A stretch of 64,000 nt of DNA from the human T2T-CHM13v2.0 reference genome, Homo sapiens: the NCBI RefSeq assembly GCF_009914755.1, contig NC_060941.1; one strand, given 5' to 3'. Below are positions 53,837 to 64,000 of this stretch, one piece after another; within the stretch, counting starts at the first letter, position 1; each line of letters opens with the position of its first letter. The notes under the pieces are model-generated. The model made no database searches and was not told the DNA's origin. It saw nothing but the letters and a program-made list of their open reading frames with translations. The position numbers and the translations under genes were made by a program.

Positions 53837-54220
53837 TTATATGGTTTGGCTCTGTGTCTCTACCCAAATCTCACCTCGAATTATAATCCCCATAATTCCC
53901 ATGTGTCAAGGGTGGGACCAGGTGGAGGTAAGTGGATCATGGGAATGGTTTCCCCCATGCTGTTCTCGTGATAGTGAGAGAGCTCTCATGAGATCTGATA
54001 GTTTTATAAGTGTCTGGCATTCCCCTGCTTGCACTCACTCCATTCTGCTGCCTTGTGAAGAAGGTGCCTGTTTCTCCTTTGCCTTCTGCTATGATTGTAA
54101 GTTTCCTGAGGCCTCCTCAGCAATGTGGAACTTGAGGCAATTAAACCTCTTTCCTTTAGAAATTACCCAGTCTTGGGTATTGGCTATTTCTTCATAGCAG
54201 TGTGAGAATGAACTAATACA
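53837..54220 (+). mobile_element. THE1 solo LTR (THE1C-like)
   Basis: atatggtttggctctgtgtc...tgattgtaagtttcctgaggcctcc...gaactaataca; 5-bp TSD cccac / cccat. Confidence 0.92.
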
Positions 54221-56089
54221 CCCATCAGCTCTATTTTCTCTAAACCTGTATGTGAGGCAGGAAGGAGAGAGAAGAGATGTTCACTAGCCTTATGGCTGAA
54301 GCTTTACTGTAAACTGAGCAGATATAAATAATTCAACAATGATTAACTGTTCTCTGATAAACAAGAAAAATATAGCAGGTCCAGACAATATAATTGAAAA
54401 CTCTCTGCTATTATGTTAGATCTAATTATATACAGATATATTATTATTTGAAAACAGAGAATATATATTTTCACAAGTACTTCTTTTCTAGTTTGAGAAT
54501 TCATATTTGTCTCTCTCTGGGATCCAGCTGGGGCTTGACAAGCAGGTTTAAAAGTTTAATTCAGAGTAAAGTAACAATAATGTACATCCAAACATGTTTA
54601 AAAACCACCACTACCACTGCAATATTCAGAATTTAAAAGAGTTTATTCTTGTTTTTGAAAGATAAAGGTGCTCCCATCTTCTTGAAATCAAGTGCGAATA
54701 ACAAATTCTAACTAACAGATGATAGGAACATCAGCTCTCACTTCCTGCAGCCTCTGACTGGGCCAGCTATCTCTCTTTAATTCCAGCCTGCAGCCCAGGA
54801 TGTCTGGACTCCAAAACCAATCCTGGCTCCAGGCAGGGGCGCTAGAAGGAGCTCCATATCATTTACTTTTTGGCTCAGCTTTGAGTGTGTATTGCTTCCA
54901 GTTCTAACTCAACTTTGGAATTAGCTTCCCAATGATCTGGCTTCTAATTTGCTTTTTCATCTCCTCTAATGCCTGGATTTAATGAGTTGTAAACCAATTC
55001 TCCTCATCTTGTTGAAGTTGTTGCCACTCTTTTTCTGATGGTGGCTTTTGAACTAAGGTATACTTTTTATACCTTGTCCTTTCTTTTGCAATAACAAAAG
55101 AGTCTTTGAGTTATTCACTAGAAAACCATTGGATACTTGAACATTTATTACATAAGAACACTGAAAATTTTCAATTACTGGAGTTTTGGATCTGTGCAGA
55201 CAGCTTCTATCTAATATATAATAATGATAAAGTATTAACATCAGTAATAACAGGAATCAGCAGCAGAAACAAAACTGTAGTAGTACATTGTTTTCTCTAT
55301 TAATACTTTTCTGCCTAGTCTTATTCCTTCTGTGACTAGAGGTGTTCAGTAAGGAAAAAAAAATGGTGAAATAGAGACTGCATGTATGACAATACATTGA
55401 AGTGATGCTATGAGAATAAGTCGACACAGTGTAGAGAAGAGTTTGTTTGTGTTGAATAAGCTTGCCTCTTTAGAAGGACTTACAGTCATGACCCAGGGTG
55501 TTAAGTCTGAAAAAAGATCTGTTTCTCTTTCCCCAAGATGGAGCTCTGACCATTGCAAGAGACTAGAGGAGTAGAAAAAGAGGAAAGGATAGAAAGGAGG
55601 AGGAAAGAGACAAGAAACTCTGTTCTGTGAACTGATAGATTATTTGATGAGAAAGGTAAAGAAAGCTTTGTTCCACCTCTGGCCTCTGGGAGCTCATGAT
55701 TGCCTATTAGCGGTTTTTGTATTTATGGTAATGGATTGAATTTACCCTAACTCCTACTGACTAAGAAGGAGTCACCACAACCATCGCAAAAACTAACATT
55801 TTCCTTGCCTAATTATTCTGACTAGAACTTCTAGTACTGTGTTAAATAGAAATGACAAGAATGGGCATCCTTGTCTTCTTGTTCCTGATCTCAGAGGAAA
55901 ATATTTTAATTTTTCAAATAAGTATGGTATTAGCTGTGGGCTTATCATTTATTATATTGAGGTACATTTCTTCTATAGCTAGTTTATTAAGCATATTTAT
56001 CTTGAAAGTGTTGAATTTTGTCTAGCTTTATTGACATCCATTGAGCTGATAATGTGATTTTCATACTTTATTATGTTAATGTAGTGTAT

Positions 56090-56733
56090 TGAAGCAGCAT
56101 AGTTGTCTGGAGTAGTATCTGAGGTTTGTTGCCTCATGCCAGGGAAATCAAGGACACAGGCACACACAAGCAGTGACTTTAAGAACAGAGGTTTAATAGG
56201 CAAAAGAAAGAGAAAGGAGACTATCTCTCTCCCTTGAGAGAGACAGGGGTCCCCGAGTGGGACTTCTGGCCTATGCCGAGTGCACAGGGTTTTATAGACA
56301 GGCTTGAGGAGGCAGTGTCTGATTTATATAAGGCCCAAAGATTGATTGGAGCAGGTGTGATATTTACATAGCTGGTGAGGAAGCTGGCCGCCCCACCCTA
56401 ATCTTATTATGCAAGTGGGGTCTCTACTTGGCCTACAGCCATGTTGCTTGCTTCTTACTGTGCACATGGTTGACAAGGAAAGGGAAAGATGGAGCCGCCA
56501 TTTTGAACATGCCTAGTCCCCAGGGAACCCCTTTCCCATTGGCACAGCTGCTGGCATTCACCTGTTCAAGATTCCAGCTTGCTTGTCTACGTCTGCAGCT
56601 CAATTTTACAGACGGCTCTTTGATAGAAAACAAAATGATTTGGGGGCTGCTTTTCATTAAAAGGGAAACCTTACCAAGGAACTTCCTTACCCTCACAATC
56701 TGCCTAAATAATTTATTCTTAACTTCCATATCA
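56090..56733 (-). mobile_element. ERV1 solo LTR (MER50-like)
   Basis: Minus strand starts tgatatggaagttaagaataaattatttaggcagattgtgaggg...aatgaaaagcagccccc; TG...CA termini; 4-bp TSD gtat / gcat. Confidence 0.8.
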
Positions 56734-57553
56734 GCATTAGAGATTATTCCCAAAGTATTACAATTACTGATTTGCATATGGTAAACTATTTTTGTACACC
56801 AGGGATAAATTCCACTTGATCATTGTGTATGATCCTTTCGGTGTCCTGTTGAAATCAGTTTGCTAGGATTTTGTTGAGAATTTTTGCATCCAGAATGGAA
56901 ACGAAGAAGTAAAATTATCTTAGTTTGCAGATGATGTGATCGTATAGGTTAAAAAAAAAAAACAAAAAACCTGAAAGATTTTACAGAAAAATAACTAGAA
57001 CTAATAAATAAATTCAGTAAACTTGTAGGCTACAGCATCAACACATAGCGCATTTCCATATACCAACAATGAACCATCCAAAAAGGAAATTAAGAAAACA
57101 ATCCCATTTACAATAGCATAAAAAAGAATAAAATACTTTGAAATATATTTAGCCAAAGAGGTAAAAGACTTGTACACTGAAAACAAACAAATTAAAAAAT
57201 TAAAAAATTAAAGGAGATATAAGACTTAACATTGTGAAAATGTCCACACTACCCAAAGCTGTATACAGATTCAGTGCCATCCTTTTCAAAATCCCATGGC
57301 ATTTTTTTACAGAAAAAGCAAAAACAATCCTAAAATTCATATGGTATCACAAAGACCCAAAATAGTCAGATGATTTTGACAAAGAATAACAAAGATAAAG
57401 TCATCATGCTTCCTGATTGCAAAATATATTACAAAACTACAGTTAAAACAAAGATAGACATATAGACCAATGAAACAGAATAGAGAGCCTATAAATAAAT
57501 CTATGCATATATATTCAACTGATCTTCGACAAGGGTGTCAAAAATACACAATG

Positions 57554-57847
57554 GGCTGGGCGCAGTGGCTCACGCCTGTAATCCCAGCACTTTAGGAGGC
57601 TGAGGTGGGCGGATCATGAGGTCAGGAGATCAAGACCATCCTGACTAACATGGTGAAACCCTGTCTGTACTAAAAATACAAAAAGTTAGCTGGGTGTGGT
57701 GGCAGGCACCTGTAGAACCAGCTACTCAGGAGGCTGAGGCAGGAGAATGGCGTGAACCCAGGAGGCAGAGCTTGCAGTGAGCCCAGATTGCGCCACTACA
57801 CTCCATCCTGGGAGACAGCGAGACTCTGTCTCAAAAAAAAAAGAAAA
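57554..57847 (+). mobile_element. AluY (CpG-decayed)
   Basis: gagaatggcgtgaacc, gagcttgcag; TSD aaaaatacacaatg (57540-57553 and 57848-57861). Confidence 0.92.
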
Positions 57848-58888
57848 AAAAATACACAATGGAGAAAGGAGAGTGTCTTTAATAAATGGTAGTGGGAAAA
57901 CTAAGTATCTACATGCTTTACAAAAAATCAACTCAAAATGGTTTTAAAACTTAAATGTAAGACCTGAAACTATAAATGCGCTAGAAGAATACATAGACAA
58001 AACACTTTTTGATATTGGTCTCAGAAATGATGTTTTGATGATATGATGACATCCAAAGCACAAGCAACAAAAGCAAAAATAGGCAAGTGGTACTACATAT
58101 GACTAAAAAAAAACTGCAAATCAACAGAATGAAAAGGCAGCTTACAGAATGGGAGACAATATTTAAAAACCATATACCTGATAAGGGGTTAATGTCCAAA
58201 ATATGTAAGGAACTCCTACAACTCAGTAGCTAATAATAACAATAATAACCCAGTTAAAAAATCGGCAGAGGAATTGAACAAACATTTCTCCAAAGAGGTC
58301 ATACAAATAGCCAACAGGTATGAAAAGGTGCTCAATATCACTAATCATCAGTGAAATGCAAATCTAAACTACAAGGAGATATCACCCACACGTGTTAGGA
58401 CAGCTATTGTTGACAAGGAAAACAAAAAGAAAAGATAACAAGTGGTGGTAAAGATGTAGAAAAATTGGAACCCTTGTATAATATTAGTGGAAATGTAAAA
58501 TGGCATAGCCACTATGGCTAAACAGTATAGAAGTTTCTAAAATAATTAAACGTGAAACTACCATATGATCCAGCAATCCCATTTCTGGGTATATATCCAA
58601 AAGAATTAAAACTGGGATCTCAAAGAGATAACTGCACTCCTATGCTCATTGCAGCATCAATTATTCACAATAGCCAATGTATGGAAATAATGCAAATGAA
58701 CACAGGCAGATGAATGGATAAAGAAAATGTGGTATACGCATATGATAGAATATTATTCTACCTTAAATAAGAAGGAAATCCTGCCATTTGCTACAATATG
58801 GATGAACCTGGAGCACATTATGTTAAGTAAATAGACCAGTTACAGAAGGACAGACATTGCATGATTCCACTTATTTGAGTTATCTATA

Positions 58889-59192
58889 CAGTTGTTGCTT
58901 AGGGGATTGGTTTGAGGACCCCAGAAGATATCAAAATCTGTGGATGCTCAACTCCTTTCTATGAAATACCATAGTGTTTACATATAACTTGCATATATCC
59001 TCTGTATACTTTAAATCATCTCTAGATTATTTATAATACCTAATACAATATAGTTGTTATAGTGTACTTTTAAATTTATATTATTTAGTATTGTATTGTT
59101 TTTGTGTTTTTTTCCAAATATATATGTGTATTTCTTCCAAATACTTTTGATTTATTGTTGGTTGAATCCATAGCTGTGGAACTTGTGGATTG
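58889..59192. mobile_element. MER2 (TcMar-Tigger) DNA transposon
   Basis: ggggattggttt...gtggatgctcaa...tactttaaatcatctctagatta...ggttgaatcc. Confidence 0.85.
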
Positions 59193-61557
59193 AATATAAT
59201 AGTCAAACTCATAGAAGCAGAGAATATAAGAGTGTTTCCAGGGGATGGGCGGTGGGGGAAATGGAAAGTTGTTGTTTAATGGGTATTCAGCTTCAATTAT
59301 GCTAAATGAATAAGTTCTAGAGATCTAATTATACAACTTAGTGCTTACAGTTAATATGGTATTACATATATTAAGATTTGTTAAGAGGGTAGATCTCATG
59401 TTAAATGTACTTAGCAGAAAAAGTAAAATAAAATAAAATAAAATAAAATAAAATAAAACAAGAACAACAAAATAAAAACAATGGGACACTTTGGAAGGTG
59501 TTGAATTTGTCTTTTGCTTTGATTGTGCTGATGGTACCACAGGCGTTTGCATATTTCCAAAGTCATCAAACTATACACAATAAATAGGTTAAGTTATTTG
59601 TACATCCATTAAAACCCAGTGAGGCTGTTAAACATGGTTAGATGTGTGGCAGAATAGTAAGCTAAATTGTAATGTCAGCATTTCATCAAGTTGATGAGAT
59701 TAGAAAAACAATTTTGGAAAAGAAAAATAAGAAATCCTTAAGATTTACTAAAGGCTTGGACATGCCACCACCTTGCTAAGGGGTTGCTAAACCAGGCCTT
59801 TCTCTGTGCTTTTACAACATCTGATTTCTTACAGGCTTCCTCCTCAGTGAATTGGAAAAACCAGTGCCAGCTGTGAGTACAGAAATACCTTGGAGGCATT
59901 GCTGCCAGGGGAGTTCATGAGCAGGGACCAAAATAGGGCAGACTATTTTTTCCTAGGAGTCTGGCTACCCAGAGGGCTGCCTGCTCTGCATTGAAGCTGC
60001 TTTGTTCATTTCTCAGTGACAAGAGCCTGGCGGCTGTCAAGACAAGATCCCTGGAAGCCCAGATCTGAATTAGAAGGCAGCTTCCCCTTTCTAGGCTCTG
60101 ACTGAATTGTTGCTCTCTGAGGACTGCTCTTGGGCAAGCTCTGAGAGGGGACCACTGGGCTGTGTGATTACCTGGTCTTTGTCACAAGTGCAAAATTTCA
60201 CTCTGTGGCATACCAGAGTACCGATTAGCTCTAGGGCTAATGACACCTTGAAAACCTGGGTTGCAGATGTTTTCAGCTGGCTCTGGGGGAGCTTCCTCTT
60301 CCTGAAATAGCACTGCACATAGTCCTCTTCCCACCCTCCCATCCCCCGCCCTTTACCCATCACCACTAATCACCCCCTTGAAGTGTTATGACTGTACAGT
60401 TTCTATTTGGTGAGCTGCATCTGAAGGGAAATAAATCCTCAAAGTGAAGGCAACTTGTCAGTGCAATATGAAAACAAAGTGTGGAGAAGGAACACTTCAG
60501 CAAAAGCCAAGCTCACTAACCTTTCAAAAGTAACCGTATTTAATTTGAGCTGAATCAGGAAGACCATTTGGATGTCTTGTGTATTTATAAGCATATGTGC
60601 AGGCTTCATTTTACCCCAAAGGCTGCTTGTAATTTTGTCCCCCTGCACATATGTCTTCTCAAGCTGTAAACTGAATTTTCAGTCCTCATTACTGTGTGTA
60701 GATTGAGCTCTGGTCACTGAGTTGGCAAAGTACTCAAATAGTAACTTAATCCACCTTAGGGCTATTTCTTGGATATCACTTCCTTCCTCAGTTTTTCTGC
60801 CTGTTCCTCAACCCTCACCTTCTCACCCAAAAGGAGACTGGTAGATAAATTTCAGAGATGGGATTTTTAATATAACGTCTTAACTGGTCTTCCTGTCTCC
60901 AGTTGCTGTCTCTATTGCTGAAAAGCAATATATACTCTTCTCCACATAGTTGTCAAAGTGATCTTTCAAAAATATATGCCCACAAATCTGCTCTCCCACT
61001 TGAAACTTCTATGGCTCCATATTGCCTATAGAAACAAGTCCAAACTACTTCTACTGGAATTCATGGTTGTCCTCTACTTCTACACACAGTCATGCTGTTT
61101 CATAGTTTCCATAAGTCTAATTGGAATGCTTCTTCCCCTTAATCTCATGGCTGGAGAAGTCCTATGTGCAAGATGTCATTGGATTTTCACAATAACTTGA
61201 TTTTCTAGATAGCAGAGGAAGTATCATCCTTGTTTACAGATGAGGAAACTGAAGGTTCCAGAGACCAAGCAACTGGCCCAAGTTTACACAGTAAGTGGCA
61301 GCACCAGGACTTGAACTTACATTTTTCTAACTACAAGTCTGGGTACATTTTTATGTGTCTATTATGAATTCAAAGCTGCTTATTTATAATTTGTAATGAA
61401 AATTCCATAACTAAAGAATAGGAACTTTTTCTGGTAGTATTCTCCTCAGAATATATTCCCTCATGGCTAAAAACTGGAGGGGACTATATCTGTCCTTCCC
61501 TCAAACTCCACTGCTATCCTAAGAAGTGCCATTCATGAGGAGGAGCTTGAGTAGACA

Positions 61558-62000
61558 CTGTTGGTGTCTGGTCACTGTTTCCTAAACTTTCTCACTGTTA
61601 ACATCTTTGCCTCTCTGCCTAGAGCCTTCTTTGGCTATGGGAACATGCTTTAGTGCACACGCAGGGCAGGCTGGAAGTGTCAGAGAGTTTACAAGCCCAG
61701 GGCAGCTCTCATCAATGACTAACAGTTATTGGCAGATAAATATTCCAGACTCCTGTCCCTCCACTGGAAGAGGGTCAATTCTGAGGTCCGTTTGGCACTA
61801 TCTCTTGGAGTTCTCCAAGGAAACGGGACCTTAATTGCCCACAACAGGAATCTACTTATTAGTGTTCCCTGCATTAACTTTCTTCTGTTCTCTGTCTCAG
61901 TTCCTTACTTCCCTGCCATACTTGCTCCCCTCCCAAATAAACTACTTGCACTAAAATTTGAATCTCTGGTCTTGCTTCCAGGGGCAACTAATTTAAGATG
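61558..62000 (+). mobile_element. LTR16-like (ERVL) LTR
   Basis: gggcaggctggaagtg...cccaaataaactacttgcact...gcttccagggg. Confidence 0.7.
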
Positions 62001-62299
62001 TTTCTTCTTAAAGTCTGAGCTTTGATCACAGGCCGATAGAGAATGTTAGAGTTCTCTTCAGTTATCAAATCAGCTTGAAATATGAAAGTAACTAATCTGC
62101 ACAAACTGATTTCCCATAGACTGAGCACAGAAGAAGATGAGCATCTAATCGAGACAGGCCATTGGTCAAAAACGACTGGAGCAGTTGTAAGTAACTGCTA
62201 GATGTATGCTAATTCCAGTTTGATATTTATGTTTGTATTTGTCATCAAATACTGCAATTGCACATATTACTTTCCCACTGTTCTCAGAGGAAGAAGTAT

Positions 62300-63975
62300 G
62301 CTTCTTTCTATTATGGCTAATTCTTCCTCCACCCATGCTATCATTTCATCCTGTTTCACCTTCTCAGGGACCCTGCTACATCACTTCTACCCTCTCTTTT
62401 GTTCTTGTAGTTACCTCTTTTCACCCTTTACCCATAGCTGAAATTTTTATTGTTCTTTTTCTATTTTCAGTAAAGCTTTTTAAAAAGGATAGACTCCTCT
62501 TACTGCCTTCTACTTCCTCACCTCCCACTCAATTCTCTGCCTACTGCAATTTGGCTTCTACACTCCCCATTTGATGGAAATGCCATTTTTTTTGAGGGTT
62601 AGATTGGTTTGTGGCAAAATCCAATTGTAAATTTTCAGCCCTTATATTACTTAACATCGTCATGATAATTATGTAACCTCTTCAGATTCACTTGTGGCAA
62701 AATCCAATTGTAAATTTTCAGCCCTTGTATTACTTAACCTCTTTATGATCATTGACAGTACAGAGATGAAAAGCAATATTGCATGTAAGTGCTCAATAGT
62801 GTCATCTATTATTACTAAGATTATTATTGCCCACTCACTAACTTCTTGAGACCTATTTGGAAGCTTTCTGGAAAGAACTTCTCTCTGTTTGCTTGCTTTT
62901 CTCCTCCCCTTCTGGTTTCTCTTACTTCATTCCATTCATTGGATCCCATGCTTTTGCTCACTCTTTAAATGTCTATGTTCCTACAGAGCTCTATTTCCTT
63001 CTTCTCTGACTCTACACATGCTCCCAGTGAGATTTTATTTACCTCCATAACTTCAGAAATTGATGTCTCCAGTCCAGAAATATTTGTTGAATTACATCTT
63101 TCATTTCTGATTCATTCTGATCTTTCATGTTCTGATAGAACATCCCTATCTGGAGGTTCTAAAAGGCTATTGGACTCAACATATGCAATGTGGAATTTAT
63201 TTTCCTTTTTATGCCTCTCTACCCCTCTATACTTCTTCTCTAGTATTTTCTATTATAAATGGCACCACCACCTCCTTAGTAGCCCAAGCCAGAAACCTGC
63301 GTATAATCCTATATTTTCCTTCTCACATACCAACCACCCCTTCAACTGTGTCCAGTTGTCTACTATAGCCCATAGATTATAATATCTGAATATGTCTCCA
63401 ATCTGTTTCCTCCTATGCAACCCACAGACATTACTGGAGTTTGTGGTCTCATTATATCTTGCTGGGAAGCTTGCCCCAGCATCCTACTCGCCCCCTGTCT
63501 CCAGTCTTGTCTACTTCCAGTTTATTGCCTGATGCCAAAGATGTATTCAAAAATATAATTCTATATATAACATGACCATGTTTGAAATATTTTTATTGAT
63601 CTTAATCACCCACCTAAATAGAAAAACCCTAGTACCTATAAGAATCTTGATGATCTAGACATGTTTGGCTTTGAAGCCCTATAAATCACCCCACTCCAAA
63701 TATATCACAGCCATACAGAACTGTTTAGTGGCATGCCCTGTTTTTGTTTCCATGGCTTCCTCCTTCATGCATTCCTCATCCCCACTCCCCCAAAGGAAGA
63801 ATTAAGATTCCTGTACTGAGATAAACATCCAACCATTATCCCCACTCTATATTATAATTAGAATAACTTGTTTATATGTTTGTCTTTTTTAGTAGCCTGT
63901 GAAATCCTTAGAATTGAATTATTTCCTACTATTCCTCTTTAAAACTTCAGGGTTTATCAAAGTGCTTTAGTTCAT
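62300..63975 (+). mobile_element. L2 fragment(s)
   Basis: caaaatccaattgtaaattttcagccc...ttgacag (degenerate RT region); aaatggcaccacc...caagccagaaacct. Confidence 0.7.
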
Positions 63976-64000
63976 TCCAGGCTATGAGTTCAGAAATTTC

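Larger units (their letters stand above)
55799..59630 (+). mobile_element. L1MA9/10-like element with 5' inversion (55799-56890 antisense), carrying nested MER50-like LTR, AluY and MER2
   Basis: Antisense ORF2 piece, then sense ORF2 from tttgcagatgat (RT FADD motif) to an L1MA-type 3' UTR (aagagggtagatctcatgttaa). Confidence 0.85.

Overview
Primate (human-like) genomic DNA, AT-rich and dense in interspersed repeats, with one CpG island (~15.0-18.25 kb). The island is the 5' end of CA10 (carbonic anhydrase-related protein X; human 17q21.33-q22 from memory) on the minus strand. The first coding segment (15509-15449) encodes the signal peptide [20 protein letters not shown] and ends at a phase-1 GT donor; it is too short for the ORF track. 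Bases 1-15448 are the following intron, and bases above ~18 kb are upstream intergenic DNA made largely of L1, L2, MIR, Alu, MaLR/ERV LTR and DNA-transposon remnants. The only long real protein homology in the ORF track is the C-terminus of L1 ORF2 (43176-44195). I found no new multi-gene system. The best observations are: (i) a CA10 leader with stacked uORFs and an (AGC)2(GGC)7(AGC)2 repeat that is open as polyPro/polyAla (sense) and polyGly (antisense); (ii) a near-consensus RE1/NRSE upstream; (iii) a small retrocopy of an unidentified mRNA 3' end with a 17-bp TSD; (iv) several readable retrotransposition histories: a triple insertion at one site, an L1 inside an Alu without a TSD, a twin-priming L1 inversion and a possible retroposed LTR transcript end; (v) candidate enhancer motif clusters. 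Repeat subfamily calls were made by eye against remembered consensus sequences, and boundaries of old repeats are approximate.
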